Positions 1 through 11,172 of a stretch of 64,000 bases of DNA are shown here, piece after piece. The notes beneath the pieces are model-generated. The model did no database searches, had not been told where the DNA came from, and saw only the letters and a program-made list of their open reading frames with translations. This stretch comes from Escherichia coli (GTDB lineage: Bacteria; Pseudomonadota; Gammaproteobacteria; Enterobacterales; Enterobacteriaceae), in assembly GCF_050920415.1 (NCBI RefSeq), contig NZ_CP169309.1; one strand, given 5' to 3'. Position 1 is the stretch's first letter, and the number at the start of each line of letters is the position of its first letter. The position numbers and the translations under genes were made by a program.

Positions 1-21
1 ATTACCCGCTACGCCAGCAGA

Positions 22-684
22 TTAAGTATTTTCCAGATAATGCTTCAGTGTTAAACGCAGTTCCGGGCTCATGCTGTCCAGGTTATTAAATAACCAGCGC
101 AGATAGCCCGGATCGCGTTCGGCAACGTCGGAAACCGCTTTGCCACGGTATTTGCCAAAGGTGAAGGTCGTCATCAACGATGGACGTCCGGTGATATCGG
201 CCATCTGTTCTGCCGTCCAGCCGGAGGTGTTCATAATATCGATAAGCAACGCAGCGGTGATATAACAGTCATACAACGCGCGGTGATGATGCAGGCCCGG
301 CGGCGTCTGTACATTGAGCTTCCGTGTTTTATATAACGCCATATTGCTGTACTTGATCCCTGGCCACAGACGACGGGCCAGTTTCATAGTGCAAATCCAC
401 TCACCGGGCATCTCAGGCAGTACGCGGCGGTCAAAGCTGGCGTTGTGCGCGACATACCATTCACTACCGTAATAGTGCGGGATCACATCTTCAATCCACG
501 GTTTATCGGCGACCATGGCTTCGGTGATGCGATGAATCGCCATCGCCTGTGGACTAATAGGACGATCGGGGCGCACCAGGTGGCTCATGGGGTTGACGAT
601 TTTTCCGTCAATGACATCAACAGAGGCAATCTCAACGATCCCTCCCTGCAAACCGCAGGTTTCTGTATCGATAATGCGCAACAT
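22..684 (-). CDS. exoX: exodeoxyribonuclease X (DnaQ-like 3'-5' exonuclease)
   Basis: ORF 22..738 (-); translation from internal Met MLRIIDTETCGLQGG... matches E. coli ExoX (220 aa) as recalled; start placed at that Met. Confidence 0.9.
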   Translation of the reverse strand: MLRIIDTETCGLQGGIVEIASVDVIDGKIVNPMSHLVRPDRPISPQAMAIHRITEAMVADKPWIEDVIPHYYGSEWYVAHNASFDRRVLPEMPGEWICTMKLARRLWPGIKYSNMALYKTRKLNVQTPPGLHHHRALYDCYITAALLIDIMNTSGWTAEQMADITGRPSLMTTFTFGKYRGKAVSDVAERDPGYLRWLFNNLDSMSPELRLTLKHYLENT

Positions 685-707
685 GGCATGCTCCAGGCCG
701 AAAAAGC

Positions 708-1364
708 CTAGCGTAATGGAATGATATCGCCTTGCCAACCCTGTGATGAACGCTGACCGACTAACAATAATGAACCACGATCGGCGCGAACGATGAGACG
801 ACCATGTTCATCCCATAGTGCACTGTTACCACGGGCATTTGCCATCAGCACGGCAATTGAGTACTGATGTGAAAAAAATTGTAAGCGGCGGGTCGACGCC
901 AGCAGGTCGGGTTCCCCCAGACATTGCCCTGTCGTAAATAGTGAACAGGTCGGATCCATATCCATACCTTGCGGTTGTTCATCGACCACCGTGATGGTTC
1001 TGGAACGACGGCCCAGACATGCACCATGACTCTGATGGTAGATCCCTGGCGTTTTTCGCCACGGTGCGAACACCGCAATTCCACGAATAAAGCGATCGTT
1101 ATATTCAACGGGAAGGCCGGCAATGATGGTCATTCGCCAGGTCGTTGCAGCATAACAAAGCGGGTCTAACAGCGAGAGATCGGGTGGGGCAGGAAGGGCA
1201 CGTCGCGAATAATCACACCCCAGTAAAGAAAGCGATGGAAAAACTAACAGCTGACATTGTTGCCTGGCGGCGGCCCTCACAAACTCCAGATGATGAGCTA
1301 CCTGTTCAGTCAGTGAGGTTGTACGAGGCTCATATTGCGCTGCTGCGACTTTCCAGAACGACAT
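708..1364 (-). CDS. yobB: carbon-nitrogen hydrolase (nitrilase superfamily) protein
   Basis: ORF track 218 aa; position between exoX and holE as in K-12; identity recalled, not searched. Confidence 0.85.
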   Translation of the reverse strand: MSFWKVAAAQYEPRTTSLTEQVAHHLEFVRAAARQQCQLLVFPSLSLLGCDYSRRALPAPPDLSLLDPLCYAATTWRMTIIAGLPVEYNDRFIRGIAVFAPWRKTPGIYHQSHGACLGRRSRTITVVDEQPQGMDMDPTCSLFTTGQCLGEPDLLASTRRLQFFSHQYSIAVLMANARGNSALWDEHGRLIVRADRGSLLLVGQRSSQGWQGDIIPLR

Positions 1365-1465
1365 AATGACTTCCTTTTCAAAATGACTGTAAATTATGGG
1401 TGCGGTTTAGAAAATACTCATAATTTAGCAGGCGTTATGTAAGAAAGTGTAACTCTGTATAAGTT

Positions 1466-1696
1466 TTATTTAAGTTTGGGCTCGTAAGGTAAACGTGACA
1501 GATTGACCGAAGCCAAACGGTGGGCGATAAGCCGCTCGCGAAACCAGCTGCGCAAATGTTCAGGCTGTTCACGTTCAACCGCTTCAGCGATCACCGGCAT
1601 ATTGTAGCGTTCTTTAAATGCCACCCCGGCTGCCGCCAAATCGACATTCACTTTATCCATTTCTGTTTGATCCAGTTTAGCCAGATTCTTCAGCAT
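1466..1696 (-). CDS. holE: DNA polymerase III theta subunit
   Basis: ORF 1466..1783 (-); internal Met [35 protein letters not shown]... gives 76 aa matching HolE. Confidence 0.9.
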
Positions 1697-1834
1697 TCTT
1701 AATCTCCTCATCATTCGCGGGCAAAAGTTACTAAGAGTGAGCCTGGATGGCAAGCCGGAATTGATGATCCTCGACTCAGACATTAGACAAGGTTATGCTC
1801 TGTAAAAAAGTTATTACAAAAAGGAATAGATAAT

Positions 1835-2209
1835 ATGACTTCAACTGCACGCTCCTTTCGCTACGCGCTGGCAATCCTGACCACTACGTTGGTGACACCT
1901 TCCGTCTGGGCACATGCGCATTTAACGCATCAGTATCCTGCGGCAAACGCGCAAGTGACAGCTGCCCCGCAGGCAATCACTTTAAACTTCTCGGAAGGCG
2001 TTGAAACAGGATTCAGTGGTGCAAAAATCACGGGGCCAAAAAACGAAAATATTAAAACATTACCGGCGAAGCGGAATGAGCAGGACCAAAAGCAACTGAT
2101 TGTTCCACTGGCCGATTCGCTGAAACCCGGAACCTACACCGTTGACTGGCATGTTGTTTCGGTGGACGGGCATAAAACGAAAGGGCACTACACCTTTAGC
2201 GTGAAATAA
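1835..2209 (+). CDS. yobA: CopC-family periplasmic copper-binding protein
   Basis: ORF 124 aa with N-terminal signal peptide then HAHL... (mature N-terminal His typical of CopC Cu site). Confidence 0.9.
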   Translation: MTSTARSFRYALAILTTTLVTPSVWAHAHLTHQYPAANAQVTAAPQAITLNFSEGVETGFSGAKITGPKNENIKTLPAKRNEQDQKQLIVPLADSLKPGTYTVDWHVVSVDGHKTKGHYTFSVK

Positions 2210-2212
2210 ATC

Positions 2213-3085
2213 ATGCTGGCGTTTACCTGGATCGCGCTGCGATTTATCCATTTCACCTCGCTGATGCTGGTTTTTGGCTTCGCAATGTACGGTGCCTGGC
2301 TGGCCCCCTTAACGATTCGTCGCTTGCTGACGAAGCGTTTTCTGCGTTTACAACAGCACGCTGCCGTCTGGAGTTTGATCAGTGCCACTGCAATGCTCGC
2401 CGTTCAGGGCGGGTTGATGGGAACGGGATGGTCAGATGTATTTTCGCCAAACATTTGGCAGGCTGTTTTGCAAACGCAGTTTGGTGGCGTCTGGTTATGG
2501 CAAATTGTTCTCGCCCTCGTAACGTTGATCGTCGCCCTTATGCAACCGCGGAATATGCCACGTTTGCTGTTTATGCTCACTACCGCGCAATTTATTCTGC
2601 TGGCGGGAGTCGGGCATGCGACGCTGAATGAAGGGGTAACGGCGAAAATCCATCAGACTAATCACGCGATTCACCTGATCTGTGCGGCGGCGTGGTTTGG
2701 AGGATTACTTCCGGTGCTCTGGTGTATGCAACTCATCAAAGGCCGTTGGCGACACCAGGCTATTCAGGCGCTGATGCGTTTTTCCTGGTGCGGGCATTTT
2801 GCGGTGATCGGCGTACTGGCAAGCGGCGTGCTTAATGCATTGTTGATTACCAGATTTCCCCCCACGCTTACGACTTACTGGGGCCAACTCTTATTGCTCA
2901 AAGCCATCCTGGTGATGATTATGGTGGTCATCGCGCTGGCTAATCGTTATGTTCTTGTACCGCGCATGAGGCAGGATGAAAATCGTGCGGCTCCCTGGTT
3001 TGTGTGGATGACTAAACTCGAATGGGCGATAGGTGCGGTAGTGCTGGTGATCATCAGCCTGCTTGCGACTCTCGAACCTTTTTGA
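2213..3085 (+). CDS. copD: CopD-family inner membrane copper resistance protein
   Basis: ORF 290 aa, polytopic membrane protein, 3 nt after yobA stop (operon); matches YebZ/CopD. Confidence 0.9.
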   Translation: MLAFTWIALRFIHFTSLMLVFGFAMYGAWLAPLTIRRLLTKRFLRLQQHAAVWSLISATAMLAVQGGLMGTGWSDVFSPNIWQAVLQTQFGGVWLWQIVLALVTLIVALMQPRNMPRLLFMLTTAQFILLAGVGHATLNEGVTAKIHQTNHAIHLICAAAWFGGLLPVLWCMQLIKGRWRHQAIQALMRFSWCGHFAVIGVLASGVLNALLITRFPPTLTTYWGQLLLLKAILVMIMVVIALANRYVLVPRMRQDENRAAPWFVWMTKLEWAIGAVVLVIISLLATLEPF

Positions 3086-3097
3086 TGGATTACGAAA

Positions 3098-3439
3098 ATG
3101 ATGAAAAAAAGTATTCTGGCGTTTCTGTTACTCACCAGTTCTGCAGCGGCGCTGGCGGCACCGCAGGTGATTACCGTCAGTCGTTTTGAAGTGGGTAAAG
3201 ACAAATGGGCATTTAACCGCGAAGAGGTGATGCTGACATGCCGACCGGGCCATGCGTTGTATGTTATTAATCCGAGTACCCTCGTGCAGTATCCTTTGAA
3301 CGATATCGCACAAAAGGAAGTCGCCAGCGGGAAGACCAATGCCCAGCCCATTTCGGTGATTCAGATTGATGATCCTAACAATCCAGGTGAAAAAATGAGT
3401 CTGGCACCGTTTATAGAGCGAGCTGAAAAACTCTGTTAA
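3098..3439 (+). CDS. yebY: DUF2511 family secreted protein
   Basis: ORF 113 aa with signal peptide; third gene of yobA-copD-yebY operon. Confidence 0.85.
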   Translation: MMKKSILAFLLLTSSAAALAAPQVITVSRFEVGKDKWAFNREEVMLTCRPGHALYVINPSTLVQYPLNDIAQKEVASGKTNAQPISVIQIDDPNNPGEKMSLAPFIERAEKLC

Positions 3440-3470
3440 TTACCTAAAATAGCCTTTTGATTTCCAATAA

Positions 3471-3509
3471 AAAACCGCCTCAGTTCTTTCACCAGAACAG
3501 GCGGTTTTT
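3471..3509. terminator. bidirectional intrinsic terminator hairpin (yebY / RyeA)
   Basis: 10-bp perfect stem AAAACCGCCT...AGGCGGTTTT flanked by A/T runs on both sides. Confidence 0.6.
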
Positions 3510-3596
3510 AACATTTAAGCTGATGACCACCACGCTTTTTATTGACCATTTTGCACGCAAACTGGAAAACCTGGCGTCGTCATCTATTCTTAAAGG

Positions 3597-3699
3597 GCAA
3601 GGCAACTAAGCCTGCATTAATGCCAACTTTTAGCGCACGGCTCTCTCCCAAGAGCCATTTCCCTGGACCGAATACAGGAATCGTGTTCGGTCTCTTTTT
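3597..3699 (+). ncRNA. sdsR: SdsR (RyeB) RpoS-dependent sRNA
   Basis: Sequence GCAAGGCAACTAAGCCTGCATTAATGCC...CCGAATACAGGAATCGTGTTCGGTCTCTTTTT matches SdsR as recalled; sigmaS-like -10 TCTATTCTT at 3582..3590; 3' terminator hairpin plus T-run. Confidence 0.7.
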
Positions 3700-3833
3700 A
3701 TCTGTTAAAAGCCAGAAGCATTCCCTTCGCTGACTTTATAGTCAACCATAACACACACTCTACTGTCTGAGTCCAGCGTTTTTTAACATTCTTGTTAAGA
3801 TTATGTGATCTTTAGCGCGGGAGGAAAATATTG

Positions 3834-4490
3834 ATGAAACAGCCTGCGCCCGTTTATCAGAGAATTGCGGGTCATCAATGGCGACATATCTGGCTTTCAG
3901 GTGATATACACGGATGTCTTGAGCAGTTGCGCCGCAAATTATGGCATTGTCGTTTTGATCCGTGGCGAGATTTACTTATCTCAGTGGGAGACGTTATCGA
4001 TCGTGGGCCGCAAAGTTTACGCTGTCTGCAGTTACTGGATCAACGTTGGGTTCGTGCGGTAAGAGGCAATCATGAACAGATGGCGATGGATGCGCTGGCA
4101 TCCCAGCAGATGTCTTTGTGGTTGATGAATGGCGGCGACTGGTTTATTGCGCTGGCAGATAATCAACAGAAACAAGCGAAAACGGCGCTGGAAAAATGTC
4201 AGTATTTGCCCTTTATTCTTGAAGTACACAGTCGCACCGGCAAACATGTTATTGCCCATGCCGATTATCCGGATGATGTTTATGAATGGCAAAAGGACGT
4301 CGATTTGCATCAGGTCTTGTGGAGCCGCTCACGATTACGTGAAGGCCAAAAAGGGCAGGGAATTACAGGTGCTGATCATTTCTGGTTTGGTCATACACCG
4401 TTGCGCCATCGCGTGGATATTGGCAACCTACATTATATTGATACCGGTGCTGTCTTTGGGGGAGAACTGACTCTTGTGCAATTGCAATAA
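3834..4490 (+). CDS. pphA: serine/threonine protein phosphatase 1 (PrpA)
   Basis: ORF 3831..4490; metallophosphatase motifs GDIHG, GDVIDRG, GNHE visible; 218 aa from second Met. Confidence 0.9.
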   Translation: MKQPAPVYQRIAGHQWRHIWLSGDIHGCLEQLRRKLWHCRFDPWRDLLISVGDVIDRGPQSLRCLQLLDQRWVRAVRGNHEQMAMDALASQQMSLWLMNGGDWFIALADNQQKQAKTALEKCQYLPFILEVHSRTGKHVIAHADYPDDVYEWQKDVDLHQVLWSRSRLREGQKGQGITGADHFWFGHTPLRHRVDIGNLHYIDTGAVFGGELTLVQLQ

Positions 4491-4682
4491 TTAAAAATCA
4501 CCGTACTCCTGTGCAGGTCGCCAGAAACCATCTATAAAATCCTCAATCGGAAAACAACCGCCATGGCGGATCCGTTGATCGCTCATAGAATAAAGACACT
4601 GTTGTTCCGTGTTGTAGACATCCACAACAATATCTTCACAACCGCCATCCAGGTAGCAAACAAAAAGTACCAGCGCGAACAT
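4491..4682 (-). CDS. yebW: uncharacterized small protein YebW
   Basis: ORF 4491..4766 (-); internal Met MFALVLFVCYLDGG... gives 63 aa as in K-12; abuts pphA stop. Confidence 0.7.
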   Translation of the reverse strand: MFALVLFVCYLDGGCEDIVVDVYNTEQQCLYSMSDQRIRHGGCFPIEDFIDGFWRPAQEYGDF

Positions 4683-4786
4683 TTCATCCCCGAAGTGTGG
4701 TGCCGTACCGTTAAGTTTAGGAGAGATTTTACAACGGGGGAATAACCAGGACAAATAACCCGCCATGCCGACGGGTTCTTTTTGGA

Positions 4787-5023
4787 TCAGGCAAGACGCA
4801 TAATCCAGGCATCAGATTGTTGATCGTAACGGGTACGGTAAAGGACAGAGTGTTCGCCATTTAGCAGGGCAGGGATACTGGTTTCAGCATCCCAGGCATC
4901 CAGTTGCATACATAAATCGGGGTCTGATTTACAAGGAATGGTTAACGTTCGATCACCCGGCGATTCGCCGTGTAATTCGCCGTCGTCGATTTCAAAAGCG
5001 CCTATGCGCACACTGGTTTTCAT
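4787..5023 (-). CDS. yebV: uncharacterized protein YebV
   Basis: ORF 4787..5038 (-); start at MKTSVRIGAFEIDDG... gives 78 aa. Confidence 0.8.
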   Translation of the reverse strand: MKTSVRIGAFEIDDGELHGESPGDRTLTIPCKSDPDLCMQLDAWDAETSIPALLNGEHSVLYRTRYDQQSDAWIMRLA

Positions 5024-5140
5024 CTTCGTGCTCTCCATTTAGCTGCCGGTTGTGGTACGACCAGTCCGATCGCACCATTTTTCAGCCTAGTTGAGGCAGC
5101 CGAATGTGCCAGTCAAAAAGTGCGCTTTTTTTGTGCGCTG

Positions 5141-6586
5141 TCAGGCGTTACCTGTAAAAAGTTTCCCGTCCCGCACCAGTTCACGCGGGTAGCTGTTTTT
5201 CAGTCGCGAACCAATCCGTTTGGCTAAACCAATCGGCTGATGCTGGAAAGTAACCAATACATCATCCGCTACTGGCGCGGCTTGCGGGTAAACATCGCGC
5301 CCGCGATACCATTCTTCCGCTTCCTGCGGTGTCAGTTCAAAAGCGTTCACATTGTCGGGGGAGGCAAGGGCAATAACCGCTTCATGCTGCCAGCGATAAC
5401 CTTTATTATGTGTTTCGGCAAGTTTAATCCCCAACCGAGAAAATCGGACTTTACCGATCAAGGCTTCAATGCCCACCGGGAACAACCACAGTTCTTTGTC
5501 GCGTTGCCAGAGTCGCAGGTTTCCATCCCAGTTTAAGCCAACACTTGCAGCCGCCTGACGAATTTGACCGGCTTCGCGATCTTTCACCGGGCTAAACGGA
5601 AAATTGCCCACTTTGTATTTTGGGGCGGGTAAGACGGGGATCGCCTGAGTTTTACGCAGACGAGCAACGAAGAAGCCTTCGCAGTCGTAAATTTGTGGGA
5701 AAACATGCAAAAAGCCTTCTTCGGTCAGCGCCTTATTTGCACCAGGGAAGAGATCGCCAAGCGGTAAAAACTCTACTGCGTCGGGGTAAGTCTCTTTCAG
5801 CCACCGGCAGACGGCTTCATTTTCTTCCTGGTTTAAGGTACAGGTCGAGTAAACCAGCGTACCGCCAAGGCGTAATGCATGAAAGGCGCTGTCGATCAGT
5901 TCCCGTTGGGTAGCTGCGATTTCCTGATTGCTTTCTGGTGACCAGTTTTTTAGCGCATCGGGATCTTTACGCACCACGCCTTCACCGGAGCAGGGAGCGT
6001 CCAGCAAAATGGCATCGAACATTTCTGGCACTGCCGCACCAAATACACGGCCATCAAAATGCGTGAGCGCAACATTACGGATGCCACAGCGGCTGATATT
6101 GGCATGTAACACTTTTACCCGACTGGCGGAAAACTCATTGGCAAGGATCGCCCCTTCGTTATTCATCCGCGCGGCAATTTGCGTCGTTTTGGAGCCGGGC
6201 GCGGCAGCGACATCCATCACCCGCTGTGGTGCATTACCGTCAGCAAACAAGGCGGCGACGGGCAACATTGAACTGGCTTCCTGAATATAAAACAGGCCAC
6301 TTAAATGCTCGGCGGTACTACCCAATGGCAAGGCATCTTCATCGTTGCGTTCAATCCAGAAACCTTCTTCACACCACGGAATTGGCGTAAGCGTCCAGCC
6401 ATAAGGGGCGGTTAATTGCAGGAAATCAGCAACGGAGATTTTCAGCGTATTAACGCGAATACTACGGCGCAACGGGCGCTGACAGGCGGCAAGAAAATCA
6501 TCAAATGAGAGCGTCGAAGGCATTGCTTCGCGCATTTGTGTCAGAAAGGCGTCCGGGAAATAAACGGTGTGTTGGGCCACGAGCAT
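5141..6586 (-). CDS. rsmF: 16S rRNA m5C1407 methyltransferase
   Basis: ORF 481 aa; SAM-dependent MTase with PUA-like C-terminus; K-12 annotation 479 aa may use GTG at codon 3. Confidence 0.9.
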   Translation of the reverse strand: MLVAQHTVYFPDAFLTQMREAMPSTLSFDDFLAACQRPLRRSIRVNTLKISVADFLQLTAPYGWTLTPIPWCEEGFWIERNDEDALPLGSTAEHLSGLFYIQEASSMLPVAALFADGNAPQRVMDVAAAPGSKTTQIAARMNNEGAILANEFSASRVKVLHANISRCGIRNVALTHFDGRVFGAAVPEMFDAILLDAPCSGEGVVRKDPDALKNWSPESNQEIAATQRELIDSAFHALRLGGTLVYSTCTLNQEENEAVCRWLKETYPDAVEFLPLGDLFPGANKALTEEGFLHVFPQIYDCEGFFVARLRKTQAIPVLPAPKYKVGNFPFSPVKDREAGQIRQAAASVGLNWDGNLRLWQRDKELWLFPVGIEALIGKVRFSRLGIKLAETHNKGYRWQHEAVIALASPDNVNAFELTPQEAEEWYRGRDVYPQAAPVADDVLVTFQHQPIGLAKRIGSRLKNSYPRELVRDGKLFTGNA

Positions 6587-6659
6587 GTACCACTGGCAAA
6601 AAAACAGGCGCGCAGTTTAGCATAAACGCTCCGGCGCAGGCACGCCGGAGCAGTGGGCA

Positions 6660-9293
6660 TTATTTGGGAAGCGCTGTTCCCCATTCACGCCACTCTTTCG
6701 GTTCACTTTCCTGCAACAGGAAGTGCTTGCCTTCCTGGGCTTTCGGTGCCAGCGGCGTACCCGGAGGCGTAGCGAAGGCGATGCCGCCACGGATAAACTG
6801 GTTAAAGGTGCCGGTTTTCACGACGCCGCCCGTCAGACCAAAGTCCAGACTGTAACCCGATGCCAACCAGAAGACGGAATTGTTACGCACCAGGTGTTGA
6901 TAGCGTTTACTGATGCGCATCGCAATCATCACGCGATCTGACAATGTCCCCAGCGTCATTCCGGTAACCGTACCGACTTCCAGACCACGGAACAGCACAG
7001 GCGTACCGATGCCTAACGAACCGGCTTCCGGCGCTTCAACAATAATGCTTAAGCCATCCAGGTAACGCGAATCAGTTATGGTGGCCTCTTGTAATTCAAA
7101 GTCGCGGCGAGGATTGCCCCGGCCTGGTTCGACGTTGATATACGGCTGGAGGATAGTATCAAGATGCTCAACGCCAGCTGCCGAAATTTGCGGTGTGACC
7201 ACTGAGAAGCGTGTACCACCGCGTGCAAAGGTCTGGACATATTCCGGATAGAGTACCGCCTTTGCCTGTACTTCATTGCGCGCGGTAATCAGATCCAGCG
7301 TCTGGATTTGCCCGATATCAATACCGAGATAGCGAATTGGCATCCCGACCGCCAGTTTTCCGGCATCGAAAGCGTGAAGCGTAATTTGCCCGCCAACCGC
7401 ACGGGCCGCTGTTTCGGAAGCATACAGAATACGCTTGTCGCCTTTACGCTGACTGGCGCTGGCACCGCTGAGGTTATCGAAGCTAATAGCTCCCTTTAAT
7501 GCTCTGGAGAGCGGGGATGCCTGTACAGTCAGACCACTACCATTTAGCTGAACTTTCGCCCCACCTTCTGCCCAGAACACGCTGTTGCTGGTCAGAAGGT
7601 TGCGATACTCCGGCTTAATATGCAGATCGATATCAAACGCGTTAGCTCGCGGACGCACAGTAATAACTTCACCAACTTCAAATTTACGGTACAGTACTAC
7701 CGATCCTGCCTGCACATCTGGCAATGTCTCTGCACTCAAACTCACGGTTGTGGTGGGCAAATCGCTAAGGCTGTTCTCCAGTGCTTTTTCCAGATTGGCA
7801 TACAGTGGATAGCTGGCTTTCATCTCGCCTTTATCGCCTGGCAGAATACGTATCCCGCCGTTAATCCATTCTGAGGCGCTGGCACCGAGAAATTCAACGC
7901 CATCCAGCCCCACCTTCACGTCGACACGGCTGTTGACGACAAATTTGCTATCGCCTTTTACCAGTTCGCGATGCTGAGGCTCGATGGCGACGGTAAAGGT
8001 GACGCCTTTGCTGGTGAGTTTACGATCAATAACCTGGCCTACCTGCACGCCGTGAAGAATGAGCGGCTGACCAGCATCAATGCCGTAACTTTCTGGTGCT
8101 GTCAGGGTCAGCGTCAGAACATCTGGCTCATGGAGTAGGGCTTTTTCGCCAGGAACAACAATAAACTCTTTACGTGGCTCACCGTCGCCCGGCACCAACT
8201 CGAAGGTTTTGCCGGTCAGCAAGGCACTGAGATTAGCATCGCTAAGGGATAATTTTGGATTACGTAATTCGATGCGGGTATTTTCCCGTAACAGCGTGAC
8301 GACGCTGGGATCAACGGTCATTTCCCCAGTGACTTTACCACCAGGATTTAAATCCAGTTTAGTCAGCTGTCCGACTTCCAGCCCCTGATACATTAACGGC
8401 GTCGAGTCGGCGGTTAATCCGGCCCCACTCGGCAGTTCCAGTTTTATTATTACGCCACGCTGGCTGTGGGCGAGATCTTCATACAGACCAAAGGTATCTT
8501 CCGCCTCGGCAGGTTTCGACTCTTCAGGTGAATCGAAGGCAATCGCACCGTTAACCAGTGCCGCCAGACTTTCCAGTTTCACCTTCGCGCCACTGATACT
8601 GACGTTGGCATCAACGCCGGAAACGTTCCAGAAACGGCTACCTTTTTTCACCAGATCGGTAAAACGCCGCTCGATCAGGACATCAATCACCACGCCTTGC
8701 TTATTGGGATTGATGGCATAGTCGTAGACTTTACCCACCGGGATCTTACGGAAATATACCAATGAACCACTGTTCAGTGAACCGAGATCGGGGGCTTGCA
8801 GGTGGATCATCAGATCGCCATTATCCAGCCGATACTTCGGTTGGGTATCGAGTGCGACAAAGTGATCCTGCTCTTTACCTTTACCCGGCATCATGCCGAT
8901 ATAGTTACCCCCGACGAGGGCGTCCAGCCCGGAGACACCTGCCAACGAGGCTTTTGGCGTCACCAGCCAGAACTGTGTCTCCTCGCGCAGCGCATCTTTC
9001 ATATCGGACTTGATGCTGACTTTGACTTCAATCTTACGAAGATCGTCGCTCAGGCTGATATCCTGCACTGTTCCGACCTCAACGCCCTGATAACGAACAG
9101 GTGTGCGGCCCGGGACGATACCGTCCGCCGACATAAAGTCGATGGTGACGGTATTACCCCGATCCTGATAACTGTCCCAAATCAGCCAACCGGCAATCAT
9201 AAGCGCGATGAACGGCAGCAGCCAGAAAGGTGAGATACGGCGTTTATTTTTAATCTGCGCTTCAGTCGTCGAAGCGGGCGTTTCCTGACTCAT
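6660..9293 (-). CDS. letB: lipophilic envelope-spanning tunnel protein LetB (multi-MCE domain)
   Basis: ORF 6660..9335; start at MSQETPAST... gives 877 aa; N-terminal TM helix then repeated MCE domains. Confidence 0.9.
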   Translation of the reverse strand: MSQETPASTTEAQIKNKRRISPFWLLPFIALMIAGWLIWDSYQDRGNTVTIDFMSADGIVPGRTPVRYQGVEVGTVQDISLSDDLRKIEVKVSIKSDMKDALREETQFWLVTPKASLAGVSGLDALVGGNYIGMMPGKGKEQDHFVALDTQPKYRLDNGDLMIHLQAPDLGSLNSGSLVYFRKIPVGKVYDYAINPNKQGVVIDVLIERRFTDLVKKGSRFWNVSGVDANVSISGAKVKLESLAALVNGAIAFDSPEESKPAEAEDTFGLYEDLAHSQRGVIIKLELPSGAGLTADSTPLMYQGLEVGQLTKLDLNPGGKVTGEMTVDPSVVTLLRENTRIELRNPKLSLSDANLSALLTGKTFELVPGDGEPRKEFIVVPGEKALLHEPDVLTLTLTAPESYGIDAGQPLILHGVQVGQVIDRKLTSKGVTFTVAIEPQHRELVKGDSKFVVNSRVDVKVGLDGVEFLGASASEWINGGIRILPGDKGEMKASYPLYANLEKALENSLSDLPTTTVSLSAETLPDVQAGSVVLYRKFEVGEVITVRPRANAFDIDLHIKPEYRNLLTSNSVFWAEGGAKVQLNGSGLTVQASPLSRALKGAISFDNLSGASASQRKGDKRILYASETAARAVGGQITLHAFDAGKLAVGMPIRYLGIDIGQIQTLDLITARNEVQAKAVLYPEYVQTFARGGTRFSVVTPQISAAGVEHLDTILQPYINVEPGRGNPRRDFELQEATITDSRYLDGLSIIVEAPEAGSLGIGTPVLFRGLEVGTVTGMTLGTLSDRVMIAMRISKRYQHLVRNNSVFWLASGYSLDFGLTGGVVKTGTFNQFIRGGIAFATPPGTPLAPKAQEGKHFLLQESEPKEWREWGTALPK

Positions 9294-10545
9294 GTGCATC
9301 CCAAAGTAAGCGGCTGTCCAGCCATTCCACAGCAAGAATAGTCAAAATTACCGCTGCGCCGAAATAAAACGCAGCCGGTCCCATAGTAAAAGCGAGGATC
9401 TGATCGCGATTAATTAGCGACATGGTTAAAGATATGACAAACAGGTCGAGCATCGACCAGCGACCGATCCAGGTCACCATCCGCAGTAACAGAATCCGTG
9501 TGCGTAAACCTTGCTGGCATTTAAAATGAATGCTCAACAGTAAAGTGAACATGACGATCACTTTGGTAAATGGCACCAGAATACTGGCGATAAACACGAT
9601 TCCGGCGACCGCAATGTTGCTACTTGCCAGCGACATAATCCCGGAAAGAATCGTATCTTCCTGCCGGCCACCATTCAGATAAATGATAGAAATAGGTAAC
9701 AGGTTGGCAGGTAACAACAACACGATTGATGCTAACAGCGCCGCCCAGCACTTTTGCAGACTATGACGGCGACGCAGGCGTAGCGGGATATGGCAACGCG
9801 GGCAGCGACCACGCTGATCGGGATAGCCGGTAAAATGGCATCCCAGGCAGACACGAAGTTTCTCGTCCCTACGCGTAGCGGGGCGCTGTGGATAAAATCG
9901 CGCCCACAGTTCCTCGACATTAAGATGTGACAACGTCACCGTGGTCAATATCACTAATGCAACAAAAGAGAACAGACCAATACCCGCCTGAATGTGCGCA
10001 TAATCCTGCACCTTTATAGAAGCAACGCCAATACCGACCAGATAGATGTCCAGCATCACCCACTCTTTCAATCGCTCAAGCATCAGCAGTACCGGGCGTA
10101 GATTCATTCCCAGTCGGTTACCAAACCATAAATAAGCTATGGAGGTCACCAGAATAAGGGGGGCACCAATAACGCAAAAAAAGACCATCGCCCCCGTTAT
10201 TGCATCGCCCTGTTTGGTCATTTGCCAGATGCCTTGCATGACATTGGCGTCAATACGAATACCTAACAGCCAGATATGCAACAGCGGTTCGCCCCAGGCA
10301 AACGGCATCAGCAACAGCATGGTGAATGCCATTGCTGCCAGGCGCGTTAGCGACCAGTCGCGCCCGTCACGAATTTTTGCCTGACAGCGCGGACAATAGG
10401 CACTTTGATGAGAGTTTATCTCGGGTAGGCTAAACAGCATGTCACATTGCGGGCAACGTTGGTAATCACCACGCGGCAGTTCCTCGCCAATTGCCCTCAC
10501 TGTTATCTTTTTTGTCGGCGTAATTTGTGGTGTGTTAAGAGCCAT
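9262..10545 (-). CDS. letA: inner membrane protein LetA (PqiA family)
   Basis: ORF 427 aa; Cys-rich zinc-ribbon-like motifs (CPQC...CPRC) and TM segments; 3' end overlaps letB start by 32 nt. Confidence 0.9.
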   Translation of the reverse strand: MALNTPQITPTKKITVRAIGEELPRGDYQRCPQCDMLFSLPEINSHQSAYCPRCQAKIRDGRDWSLTRLAAMAFTMLLLMPFAWGEPLLHIWLLGIRIDANVMQGIWQMTKQGDAITGAMVFFCVIGAPLILVTSIAYLWFGNRLGMNLRPVLLMLERLKEWVMLDIYLVGIGVASIKVQDYAHIQAGIGLFSFVALVILTTVTLSHLNVEELWARFYPQRPATRRDEKLRVCLGCHFTGYPDQRGRCPRCHIPLRLRRRHSLQKCWAALLASIVLLLPANLLPISIIYLNGGRQEDTILSGIMSLASSNIAVAGIVFIASILVPFTKVIVMFTLLLSIHFKCQQGLRTRILLLRMVTWIGRWSMLDLFVISLTMSLINRDQILAFTMGPAAFYFGAAVILTILAVEWLDSRLLWDAHESGNARFDD

Positions 10546-10674
10546 GACGTGCCAAATGTAATAAGAATTAACATTAATCTTAACCCATGATGGGAATGAT
10601 CTTGAGCATTAACGCATTTAATGCTTATTTTAATAGGCTGGCAGTTCCAGGTAAGACAACCAAGTGATTATATA

Positions 10675-11172
10675 ATGAACAAAACAGAATTTTACGCGGA
10701 TTTAAACCGTGACTTTAACGCGCTGATGGCGGGAGAAACCAGTTTTCTGGCAACGCTTGCTAACACCAGTGCGTTGTTATATGAGCGTCTCACTGACGTA
10801 AACTGGGCAGGTTTTTATTTACTTGAGGACGAGACGTTGGTTCTCGGACCGTTTCAGGGCAAAATTGCTTGTGTACGCATCCCCGTCGGGCGCGGTGTGT
10901 GTGGCACTGCAGTTGCCCGTAATGAAGTGCAGCGAATCGAGGATGTTCACGCTTTTGACGGACATATTGCCTGTGATGCAGCAAGTAATTCTGAAATTGT
11001 CCTGCCGCTGGTGGTGAAAAATCAGATTATTGGTGTTCTCGATATCGACAGTACCGTCTTCGGTCGCTTTACAGACGAGGACGAGCAGGGCTTACGTCAG
11101 CTTGTGGCACAGCTTGAAAAGGTGCTTGCAATGACGGATTACAAAAAATTCTTTGCGAGCGTCGCAGGATAA
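10675..11172 (+). CDS. msrC: free methionine-(R)-sulfoxide reductase (GAF domain)
   Basis: ORF 10621..11172; start at MNKTEFYADL... gives 165 aa. Confidence 0.85.
   Translation: MNKTEFYADLNRDFNALMAGETSFLATLANTSALLYERLTDVNWAGFYLLEDETLVLGPFQGKIACVRIPVGRGVCGTAVARNEVQRIEDVHAFDGHIACDAASNSEIVLPLVVKNQIIGVLDIDSTVFGRFTDEDEQGLRQLVAQLEKVLAMTDYKKFFASVAG

Larger units (their letters stand above)
3471..3725 (-). ncRNA. ryeA: RyeA/SraC antisense sRNA (approximate boundaries)
   Basis: Established knowledge that RyeA is encoded antisense to SdsR in the yebY-pphA intergenic region; ends inferred from hairpin at 3471..3509 and a TATAAA-like -10 on the minus strand near 3733; not verified. Confidence 0.35.

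Noticed and set aside
3542-3733. 63-aa plus-strand ORF in the yebY-pphA intergenic region
   Set aside because: Coincides with the SdsR sRNA and its terminator; interpreted as non-coding RNA.
6660-9335. N-terminal extensions in the track for letB and similarly exoX, holE, prc, yebQ, mntP, yeaW, dmlR, dgcJ, yeaO, yeaD, yoaB
   Set aside because: Upstream in-frame ATGs extend the ORF into the neighbouring gene or lack an RBS; starts were set at the internal Met (or GTG/TTG) that reproduces the known protein length.
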